NCBI GenBank assembly: GCA_030248215.1
Contig: JASANG010002537.1
Location: 62,001 to 126,000 of the forward strand
Length of the DNA: 64,000 bases
Direction: 5' to 3'
DNA from: Enoplolaimus lenunculus
Taxonomy: Eukaryota
Shown: piece by piece, positions 54,101-64,000 of the stretch
How positions within the stretch are numbered: the first letter of the stretch is position 1
Layout: each line of letters starts with the position of its first letter
Notes under the pieces: model-generated
What the model saw: only the letters and a program-made list of their open reading frames with translations
Database searches by the model: none
Told to the model about the DNA's origin: nothing
Translations under genes and position numbers: made by a program

Positions 54101-57100
54101 ATTTACTGACTAATTACCACCACTTGCCTAAGATATCGCTAATTCTGTTTAAATTTTTACTAAATAAGTATTTAGCGTGTTTTAGGCACTTCAATTAATT
54201 TGTTTATGCTTAAAACTTTATAATCTATGAACAATTTTAAGGTCAAGAACGCGTTTTGTGACCAGAGCGATAATGTTGGTTGTTTGCATATGGATCGTTT
54301 GGCTTTCAGTAGTTGTTCACCAGTTGCAACAGTTGAATGCCGTGGCGAACAGGTGAACATTTAAAAGTCAAAAACCAGTAAATAAGTTCAAGTACAAAAT
54401 AGCAGAAATGTTTGCCATTAATTGTCGGGAATGAAATTTTGTGATATTAAATTTTACATTGAGTGCCTAATGTCGTGCGTGTTGAGTAGCTATTGCTTAT
54501 GTAGAAGTAACAAAAATTAATAAGCAAAAACGTGTAGAATCTAGCAAAAATCTATATCCCATAAAAACGATGAGGTCTTGATAGGTTTGGACCTAAGATT
54601 CAATGAAATGGACTATTTTGGACAGACTCAAAAATTAGTGAAATTGTACCAGTTGTGCATCCAGGCAGGGTCGTATATTTATCTCCCCACAGGCTCTGTC
54701 GTACTGAAAATTTTGCGCTACAACAGTGCACGCGAAGCTTAGAATATGTCTTTTAAAACCAAATATGTGTAAAGTTTAGCTATGTTTACAGTAGGACTTT
54801 AAAAGCTTTGCGCCTACTGAACAGTTGGTCAATGTTAAAATATCGAAAATTAGCTAAAATCCGCTTGAAACCAGCACAATTTCGGAAAACAATAAGTATC
54901 GTCCCCCATGTTAAAATTGTGGATCCGCGACCAGGGGCTGATCCAGAAATTTCTGTCGGGAAGAGTGGGCCGGCAAAAGTAATGAAACTGCAATTTTTAC
55001 TGTATTATGCTTTTATTTGCCAATATCCTGTGGGAAAAAATTGTAAGGTAGGGACCTTGCCATTATATAACCAAAATTATCTGACTGGGTGGCGCACGCC
55101 CCACCTCTGGATTGCTAGTGTCTGCTACTGAATTATACATCGCAAGATTATAATATGCGAATTTCAGAATGTTTGAATTTGGTATTAATAGATTTTGACG
55201 TAAATTTTTAGTCTGCACCAGCTCAACAACCCATTGGACTATCTTCACAGATCCACCGCTGTCAATTACAACAAATCTTCGCATACAGATCAATTGGAAA
55301 ACTCTATTGAAGAACGCAAACGTTTAGTTCAATTTTGGCCTGCTGCTGTAGCTCGTTATGGTCTTAGTTTGACAGGAAAATATGTCACAATGGTGCCATC
55401 TATTCATGGTGCGTTAACATCTGTAAATCACTTGGGCGTAGAAAATTTTTTGAATTTGAATCAGTAACGGATCAAACATTGTTAGGTTAGAGACGACACT
55501 GTCTGTGTTTTGCAATTTTACGGTTTTAAAGGACGGTTTTTAGCAAATTTTTCGTTTATATGAAGATTGACTAATTGCACTGAAAGGGTAAAATTTTATA
55601 ATTCTCTCGTTGCAATCTTGTCATGTTTTTTATCTAGTTGGCTAAAACACATAGTGAGTTTCAGATGAACTATTTGCTGATCTTCAGCTGTGGTTCCAAC
55701 GTTAGAGGTATATGTCATATAGCATTTGTAAATTTTGTTCGTGCTTTTCAGTGAAAAAATTAGTAACGCTTGAAGAACTGTTAACCAAAACTCAGTGCAA
55801 CTCAACAAAAACAAACGTTGCTGATGCAGTGGGTAAGTTTGTGCAAAAATCCTTTCTCGACTTAAAGATGAACCAAGTATTTCAATAGTTACTTACTCCG
55901 TATTTTTTTCTAGTTGGTTCTGTGGCTCCATCACATACAGAATTATATTAATAAATATACAGCAGGTTTAAATTTAGCGTTTTTCTTATTTTGCTTTTCG
56001 TTTGGTTTGACACAATAAACCGCAGGGAAATTGTAATTTTAAATAATACCAGGTAATGTTCGAGCCAATTTGGTTTACCAAAAGATATCAGAAGTGAGCA
56101 TCTTTTACTATATATGTATATATAATATATATGTATATATATTTATATATAGATATATATGTATATATAATTATATACAATATATAATATATTTTTATAT
56201 ACAAAAGGATATATAAATATATATGTGCAGCGTGTAAAAATTTAATAATAAGCAAATAGCTTGCGAATCGCTGCTAATTCAGCATAATCGTTATTATGTT
56301 AACTAAAGCCAAAACTGGTAAAATCTCTCTTCACCGTTTGTCTGTATGCTATTGCAGCATCATCATCATGATAAGGGCTTTTTTCCAAAACCTTGTAGAA
56401 TTCTTGACTAAATTTCCAAAACTATAATTAATAAATGATTGGCCAGTGAGCTGTATGGCTTGAAAAACTCTCTGCTTAAAGCTGTGAGTCTATTAATTTT
56501 GCCGTCTTGCCGCTGGTATAAGGACACGTGGTAATGCAGTGTTGGGCTTGATGTATTCCGCTTTAAAACATGGTTAGTTTATGTGACGTTTAGCAAAAAT
56601 AACCAATGTTCTCACAAAATAAACGTCTTCAACATTTCAAATTTTGATGTTTTAAATTCAAGACATTACTGTCTAAAGACTAAGGCATACGGCGTTGGTT
56701 CAAACGAGTAACCTTTTAGGGGCGAATAGCCTATTTAAGGTTTATTCCTAAGGATGAGCGTAAGCAAAAATTAGTCTAAAACTTAACGTCACAGAAACTC
56801 TGAGGCCTGTAGCCAGCACACCTTGTTCGGGGAGGTTGCAAACTTTTCACGAGTTGTGTACAAGGGTTGGGTGTCGAGTCCCTCCCCTTGGCGCACATCT
56901 GGCTACGGGTACGGAAACCGTTAAAAGTATTAAAACCACTCGAAGCAACAAATATAAATTTGTTAAAATAGACCTCAAGATTTTCAACGAATTATATTTT
57001 CCGTAGACTTTTGGTTCAAGATGATTATACGACATTCTCGTTCAATTGACGCGTTTTGTACAATGATAGCTGCAACTTCTTTAGTCGCAATAACTAATGC

Positions 57101-60100
57101 AGGTAAACATAACACACAGAATAGTGCCAGCCAAATTAGAACACCTGTAAGCGTCAAAGAATTCATTGATAAATGCACCCATCTCAGCAAAACGGTCACC
57201 CTTAATTTGTCACAATAAGGTGGGGTCGGTCGTACAAAGGGTAAAGCTGAACTCTGACCAGAATCATTACAAATACATCTGCCGTCCGAGAGCCGATAAG
57301 CGTTTATAGTTGACGAATAACTGAAACAGTCCACAAGTTGTTCACAATGGTGTCCACTGTACAGCACAGGACATCGGCAAATATAAGTTGGTGTTGCGTG
57401 TTGGTTGAGCGATTGATCTGAAATGAAGGCAGCGTTTGGAGATTCGTTGCTAAACACGGCCAGGGGTTCGTGATGCTTGAGTAGCACTCCACCGTTGTAG
57501 CACATCGGTGTTGAACAGTTTACGCCACCGAACCCATATTGGCAGTGGTTTTTGGTTCTAAGAAGTCGTGCAAACCTTAGAATGATGTTAGTTCGACCAA
57601 ACGTGAATGCAATCGTCTAAAAGTACAACTTTTACTCTTGACACTTTTACTGTATTGCAGGGTTGGCGTTGCCAGTTTTATGCAACAGGCATTCTTCAAC
57701 AGTTGTGTGAGGACGTTACGACTTGACGTCAGTGCCGGAGCAAACAGAGGTGGGGCTCCCCCCAAACTCCAGGGTAAGGGACTCTAAGCTCGCGAGCAAG
57801 AAGCTAGACGCAATATAACCCCTTCTCACATGGAGTTGCCTGTAGGCAACTCAGCGCAGTGTATATACATTAAATCGTATATATCGTACCGTGTTTAACA
57901 ATTGCAACACGTATACATAGTACTAAATCACCACAAGACGTGAGAGCCCCCTCGGGCTCGAGCGTCAAGCTCCTATAGCTGAGTGGTGATGGTATACGCC
58001 TCCCAATCCAGTTACTGGAGTTCGAATCCTAGCATAAAGCAGGTCTCAGGAGAAATAGAAAATATTCAAGTGAGAAAGGTTAAAACTTTTCTTCGGTTTT
58101 TGTATCAACAGGTTAGGGAGGGGGTTCCCCTAAATGGGGGATTGCGGCGTGGCTGCTCCGGTTCAGCTTGACGTAGCAATGTTTTGTCATAGGAATTCTG
58201 AACTCTGTTGCCCATAATAGCACCGTGACTGTTTAATTTTTTTGAACATGTTTTGTCTCTCAAGCCATATTTTAGTCGACTGTGGTATTTTTGCAGTGTC
58301 AGTTGGTTTAACGTTTCTATATTCGGACGTATTGTTATAATATATTACTTAACGTTACATTGATTGGTTTAAATTTTTAGAAAGTAATATCGTGAATGGA
58401 CATTGTTAACCTTTCCAATTTCTGGTAGCTGAAGTAGGTATATATGCATCTGCTGTTGATTGTTCTTATTTTTAACAGGTTTATAGCAATGGCGAATCTA
58501 AGAATGTGTGACGGTTCCTGCCTATCAGGGTGTAAACGAATATTAAAAATAACGGAAACGAAACACCGACATTGAAGTATAAAAGTTTCAAAGATGTTTT
58601 ATTTTTCTGCCAACACAATGGATGCGTGCAAATGTTCAATGAGCTTTCTAAAATTTTAAAAATAGCGTATGCATCGAAATTTTAAAGATTTTAGATGAAT
58701 TGTGTAATTTTGATTTCATATCAAACAACTACAGCATATCTGTAACGAAAAATCGCGAGATATATACGTCGATTATGACTAATTTTGAGTGTAAAGCTAA
58801 CGAATTTCAACTATTTCTATAACAGAAACGGACAATTTTTACCGGAAACCGACACCAATTTTCACTGGAAATGAATATCCGGTTTACACCCTGCATTTAA
58901 TAATAGTTGAAAAAGTCAAACGCAATTTCAAATCTAATTTTGTTCTCTTTTGGGGTATATAATGGCCTGCGTGCAGCACCTTTAATCTGCCAATGGTTCG
59001 CTCTTGATCATATGGTAACAGCATGAGTGTTCTGTGTGCTTTATTAAACCAAAAGAAGTGTTCTACAAAAGTACTAACTTACTTGCAGAAAAATTAATGC
59101 ATTTATGATTTTCATTTTCAGCAAACGAGTTTAAACAACTCATTAAGAACTCGTTAAATTGTGTAGCACATTTAGTATATAATATGATACACTGAAAGTT
59201 AATTGGAAACACCATTCACACGTGCTTGTTTTGCAGCAAAAACTTTGCATGTGCAACTTGCACGCGCAAGTTTGGTCACAAAGCATCCGTGAAATTCTTG
59301 CAGCTGCAACAAATTATTCACCAGAATTCATGCTATTTAATTTAATTCGCACTTGTGAATGCAGTTGCAAGTTGCTTGAAATTTCTTGCACCTGCAGTTT
59401 GATTGGTCAATCGGAATGTTCCTTTGAAAATGCTTGCAACTGCAAGTATTTCGTGCAAGTTACAGCTGCGAGTTCTCGCTGCAAAAACTTGCGCTTGTTA
59501 ATGGGGCTTCAGTGTAAACGAATAGTTTACAGCAATGAAGATCTGCTGTTTGTACAATAATTACATTTTTTAGAAGTTTCTACTATTCAAATACGTTGTA
59601 TTTAATCCATACACAAATTTTGTTCCTATCGTTATTGCATTAATATGAACTTTCTTGTTTGTTATACACAAGTGATAATTGAAAAACTTATTACGTTTAA
59701 TACCTCAAATAATTCTCATTTTCCTCCTCAAATGAGGATGTTTGAACGTTCACTAAGATCTGGATGAGGAATGTGTTCACTCACCGAAAGTGTCGAGCAA
59801 AAATTATTTTTTTATTTTGTTTGCTAAGGTATTTTCAAAAACTTTTCTTCTAAATTTCCGTTCTTTTGGCTTCTTCTGCACTTCAATCTTTTAAGTTTCG
59901 ATAAACGTCAAATTTTAAAAGTTTATACGCTTCAGTTTAACAAAATAAATAATAAATATGAAAAGTTTGATCAATGGTTTAACAACATAAAGACATTAAA
60001 CTTCTATTGAGCCGAAGCACTATGCTATTAGTTTAAATTACTTAACAAAATGAGTAGGTATAAAGTCTTATAACAAGCTAACGCGAAACGTTTCACTGGT

Positions 60101-63100
60101 CAGATTGCAGTGCTGTATGCTTCAGTAATCGCTGTTAACGTCGACAGTTCTGTTAAAACACCTACAAAGCGTAATCCGGGGTTGTGTCATCTCGAAATGT
60201 TTTGATGTTTATTGTTTGTATCGCAAAGCTTTCTAAATACGCTTAATACGCACAGTTTAGACGCTGTCTAAAGCCAATTTTAGTACAAAGAGTTTCATTG
60301 ATTGAACAATTTAGTTCTTTAAAATGTAACAAATATTTCACCAACAGCTCTGTATGTTCAAGTCAACATTTTCTATCCATATACAGAAATATGCCGTGAT
60401 TCATAAACAAAAGGTACAATGATAATTTTAGCTAATCTTAATCCAGAAGTAGTTGATTATTTCATTGTCCAATACAAACACTATGCAAGTAAAAATTTAA
60501 AATTATAAAAATACGGTGATTGAACGCTGCTTATAGGCTAACACAGCATGAAACGTGTTTCGCGTGTTACGCTTTAGGCCCGTATTCTCAAATGGGTATA
60601 GTAACTATTTGACAGTTAGTAACCGGTTTTCAAACTCACTATCTATTGCAGTTGTTGAACTTGAAATTAGCACAGGAGAATAGCGAATCGTACACGTGAA
60701 ATACGCTGAATTTTGAGCCTCAGCATTCACTGGTTTGAAAGTGTTACAAGACCTATCACCAACTGGTGATACGTACTGCTGTATTTACCCGAATAAGGGG
60801 GGTAATAAGAGGGGGTCCCCATTTTGGGTCCGAATCAATAGGAGTCCGTATCCCTAATAAGAGTCCGTAAGCGGATAGAGTCCCTAAACCTTAATTAGAG
60901 TCCATATATGTCAATTAATTGTAATTGTTGCGCATAAATGACTCCATGACCAAATATATTCAGTTCGAAACTTTAAAGCGTACTTAAATTTTGAAAGTAC
61001 ATTCCTAAGTATAACCTAGCATTATCGCTCAAACTATTGATACAAGACAAATAAACGTTTAATTCAACGGATAATTGCAGTACTGGATATATATCAGTAA
61101 CGAAGGGCGGCGGAGCGTGGGATAAAAATAAATAACAGTCCGTAACCGAATAACTAGGGGGTTCCGTCTGGAGAGGCCAAATAAATATCAGTCCCCCTCT
61201 TATTCGGGTCAATACAGTACGCACATTTGATAATATGGGCCTTGATTTCAATGTGTAACGGCAATTTATGCGTGAACGTAGAATCATTTAATTAACAGGA
61301 CTGTTAAAACTAAGGTGTTCGGATGTCCACCAGGCGGTATTGGCACCAAAATAGTCCAGTATTGAAAATCCTGGTATATATATATCTATATATATAATAT
61401 ATATAATATATATATATATATATATTTAAGTATACCATTAGTATGCAGTATGCTCCTTAGAACATTTACTCCTAATTTGACCCCATGTTATTAAATTGTG
61501 CTGAATGATATGTAAAATTTTTGAAAATTTTTGAGAAAATATTATTTCAGTCTCAAAGATTGACCCGGCATCTCAAAAAAACCGATCTGTAAGCAGTACC
61601 ATTTAAGCATGGAATGATCAAACGAGGTTAAGCATTTTAGAAGCTCAAGTATACTTACTAAAACTTCTATAATTGTAGCATAAGACCCCAAAATCACAGC
61701 ATTTTGACTGTATTTCTGGTAAAGCGTGAAAACAGTGTAATTCATCTTCTGCGTATCGTATAGCCTTAGATTTTAGAAAAGTCACATTGTTCATGGTACA
61801 TTAATAACAGATTTATTAAAAATTTCAAAATTAACAGTTTTAAATCTAGCAATGGTAAACAACGCCGAATTTTTAAATTTTATCAACAAACAAACAATAT
61901 GCCGAATATATATACTTTGTTATTACGAGATGAACGAAGATCGTAGATGTGTGATGCTCTTTTGCACATTATACTGAATATTTTTCGGTTCAACCTGATT
62001 TTGTGCCAACAAATCAGTTAACTTTACCATTAATTTAACTGTTTTATTTTGATTTTGAAAAACTACCGGAACGGTTTTGGAAGTCAAAAATAGTGGTCTT
62101 GATATTAGTAAGGTTGAGAAATTCGTTTTGGATTTTTGAAACGTGAATGAAATTACGTATATTAATCGATGATAATTTTTAACCCACGTTAATCAATGTG
62201 ACTACCCACTAAGAGGCAGTGTCACTAGAAGAATTGGAGATTGGGAGGCTTAGGTTTAGGATTTGGCTGATGTGTAGGCATTAAATTTAGGCATAGGTTT
62301 ATGTTTAGGCTTAGCGAGGTTTGGACCTTTTTTGAAGTTTCAAATACCATTCATCGCATTTTTCGAACGATTTAAATATTGTTGCAAATATAGCCGATGT
62401 GTCTCCTTTGTGATGTTGACTGTAACGGACATGGATATTCACCAACGACCTTATTGGCGGAGAAGCAGCAACCTGTGCTCGGGCCCGTAGCCAAGAGGGG
62501 GCCAGGGGGCTGAGACCCCCCAGGAAAATTTTCAACCTTGCTTATATCTCATTGAAAGCCCTTGAATGCCCACCTAAAAGATTTTTAGCCCACCTAGCAA
62601 AGTGAGCTGGCTACGGACTTGCCTGTGCTCTGCTGAGATTGTTAAATGTGTATAGCACCAATCATAACTTGATGACAGGTTATGTGACCTCTGAACCAAT
62701 ATAATTTGTGAAATTTAAAAATTTGTACAATAATGACATTCAATTTATCCTACAATTCTGTTGTATTGCAAATAAATACATTACCCAGTCTGTTTTATAA
62801 CCTATTGTTTTATCACTTTCAATAGCTATTTGCACACAGTTGAGAATTCTGCTGACTAAATTGTATTGGCTTTTTCAGTGAATTCAACACGAATATTAAA
62901 CGAAGACATACACATATCGAATAGGGAAGACCAGACACCATGGATCTCTCGATTGAAAATCCGGTAACGCAATTGTTGTTCAACGAGAGATTTTTTACAT
63001 CGGTTCGCAGTATTTCTAAGATATTTTAAATTGATTTAATTCATTTTGACAATAAGGAAAACGCCCAAAATTGAGACGATAAAAAGCACAACATAATTTG

Positions 63101-63551
63101 GCTTTTCAGTTTTACTGTAGGCGAATGAAGGAAAAACATTTTGACAATTATAAGATGTACCTACAATTGTCGTTTTTGGCAAGTAAACTGATATACAGGA
63201 TTGTAGCATTCCTAATTTTATACTTAAACTTTACACTTGAATTTGATGTGAATGGTTGAAATACACTTGCGTTTGGTAGCTTGCAATTTCGCATTAGCAA
63301 AGTTGTGCAGATTTTTTATCATTTCAGGCTTTCTTGGTTGGAGCTACAAATGACAATTGTTCACATACATTCGTGGATTTTGCTTATCGCGTCAGTCGGA
63401 TTCATTGCTTATATTTGCTGCTGGTCGCCGAAATATGGCTCGCGAGCGAATACTAATGATTTCGTGCAAGCGAAAATCTCTGCGTTTAGCAATGCAAATC
63501 CACAGCAATGCAAAATCACTGCCTCTGTGGATTGTTTTGAGCAAAACATAG
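42129..63551 (+). CDS. SCAP: SREBP cleavage-activating protein, 5' part (TM1-TM8); the WD40 domain lies beyond the window end
   Basis: Exons: 42129-42318 (or -42323), optional 44628-44658, 46113-46237, 46564-46744, 47448-47670, 48726-48963, 49481-49724, 50488-50678, 51813-51925, 52737-52930, 53440-53563, 54242-54352, 55212-55408, 62879-62963, 63328-63551; phases consistent. Matches SCAP blocks: AYYTYGRFCSSHP, CFLLSPVEMW...F.CDP, FAITIFLSHYNTKFISWLKSEL, the sterol-sensing domain VKSRWGIA...ELYPYLAMLLGLEN...IAHGLSREG...KNM...IQEFCTFAIIGLITDFYMQ, MPRRLRFIYFWSRTR, and WPAAVARYGLSLTGKYVTMVP. Confidence 0.92.
43900..44230. repeat. Tandem array of a 74-bp unit, ~4.5 copies
   Basis: The AG(C/T)GACTAC anchor recurs at 43961, 44035, 44109 and 44183 (period 74). 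Unit is approximately TTTTGCAAAACCAAAACCAAACGCCTGTAAATCCGAAAAATTTGACGGCAAGCGACTACAAGAG. Confidence 0.9.
53026..53194. repeat. ~85-bp tandem duplication inside a TTAGGC-family element
   Basis: AGGGGCAAACCGTGTTTCCGCAGCACTG...GGTATAGCCT at 53026 and 53111. Confidence 0.9.
56984..59115 (-). CDS. Predicted type I membrane protein with EGF-like modules (~221 aa), nested antisense in a SCAP intron
   Basis: Exon 2 (57616-56984) is an open frame behind a ttttag acceptor: ...HCQYGFGGVNCSTPMCYNGG...YICRCPVLYSGHHCE...GRCIC...PPYCD, then a hydrophobic TM (LTLTGVLIWLALFCVLCLPALVIA) and a short tail. Exon 1 (59115-59083, MKIINALIFLQ|gtaagt) joins in phase 0 to give a signal-peptide-like MKIINALIFLQTIAFTFG. 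Exon 2 is well supported; exon 1 is less certain. Confidence 0.75.
57815..58083. mobile_element. piggyBac-like MITE with an internal tRNA-like segment, copy 2 (in the intron of the nested EGF gene)
   Basis: ATAA-CCCCTTCTCACAT ... GTGAGAAAGG-TTAA. Internal TAGCTGAGTGG (A box-like) and GGAGTTCGAATCC (B box-like). Reverse complement of 21250-21520. Confidence 0.8.
59210..59507. mobile_element. Palindromic MITE with TGCAAG/CTTGCA repeats
   Basis: CCATTCACAC...TTGCAGCAAAAACTT mirrors TTCTCGCTGCAAAAACTT...GTTAATGGGG. It lies ~100 bp upstream of the predicted nested-gene ATG. Confidence 0.6.
60779..61219. mobile_element. TA-flanked MITE, CTGTAGTGACCCGAATAAG family, copy 2
   Basis: CTGTATTTACCCGAATAAG ... 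CTTATTCGGGTCAATACAG-TA; colinear with 14577-14950. Confidence 0.8.
62480..62621. mobile_element. hAT-like MITE, CAGGCCCGTAGCCA family (~140-160 bp, many copies)
   Basis: TIR CGGGCCCGTAGCCA / TGGCTACGGACTTG with a perfect 8-bp TSD cctgtgct (62472-62479 and 62622-62629). Relatives near 12640-12800, 13335-13485, 13973-14080, 17720-17815, 26035-26190, 40870-40997, 46770-46927, 49300-49450, 50310-50455, 51478-51615, 52371-52490 and 56805-56910. Confidence 0.85.
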
Positions 63552-64000
63552 GTACGCTTGGGGCCGGTTCTGTAGCGGCCTGAGTGAGAGGTGGATAGGT
63601 AATAAGAGTCCTAGGTGACTAATTTGAGTTAATAGAAGTTTATTTCCCTAATTAAAATCAGGAAACGGATAGAGTTTAAAATTAACGCCACCAACGTCAA
63701 TTACCTTAATTCGATTGTGTGAATGCTTCCTGGACCAAACTAAAATTCAGTAGTGAATTTGATTCAAACCTAAAAGTTTACCTATATATTCATAGCAGAA
63801 TACTCAAATTTCAGACGTAAAATGCTTGGCATAATAAGTTTAGATGTGCGGTTCAAAAATCTGGAACTGAATTGAAAAATACGAAGCACTTACGAAACCA
63901 AATAGCGGGGGGTCTACGCTCACAAAAGGCTATATTAATATCAGTCACCCTCTTTTTTTCTGGTCATTACAGAATATACTACGAAAACTACGTGAACAAT

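Noticed and set aside
57965..58035. Functional tRNA gene
   Set aside because: A/B boxes are present but the acceptor and anticodon stems do not pair convincingly, and it is embedded in a repeated TIR element.
58381..58437. Extra SCAP exon inside the long intron (tttttag...gtatat)
   Set aside because: There is a stop codon in the required phase, and exon 55408 joins 62879 in frame without it.
59222..59560. 112-aa Cys-rich ORF
   Set aside because: It is a translation of the palindromic TGCA-rich MITE.

Overview
AT-rich, intron-rich eukaryotic genomic DNA, not prokaryotic. It is most likely a nematode (inference from degenerate TTAGGC telomere-type repeats and TTTTCAG/TTTTAG acceptors). The ORF track is mostly noise, so I assembled genes by hand from GT-AG exons and checked phase continuity. 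The window holds: (1) two tandem, divergent annexin genes on the minus strand (2030-10289 and 18698-24895, 10 coding exons each); (2) a complete choline/ethanolamine phosphotransferase CEPT1/cept-1 on minus (32693-38125, 9 exons, 392 aa); (3) head-to-head with it, SCAP/scp-1 on plus from 42129, running off the window after TM8; (4) a two-exon gene nested antisense in a 7.5 kb SCAP intron (56984-59115), predicted to encode a signal peptide + EGF-like + transmembrane protein. Introns and intergenic DNA are dense with short non-autonomous DNA transposons: hAT-like, TA-flanked, CACTG-ended, a piggyBac-like element carrying a tRNA-like Pol III head, and a family built on telomere-like repeats. The most interesting points are the nested EGF-TM gene, complementary loss of Ca2+ sites between the annexin paralogs, loss of the MELADL motif in SCAP, and the CEPT1-SCAP divergent pair. 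No database searches were run, so novelty claims are untested.
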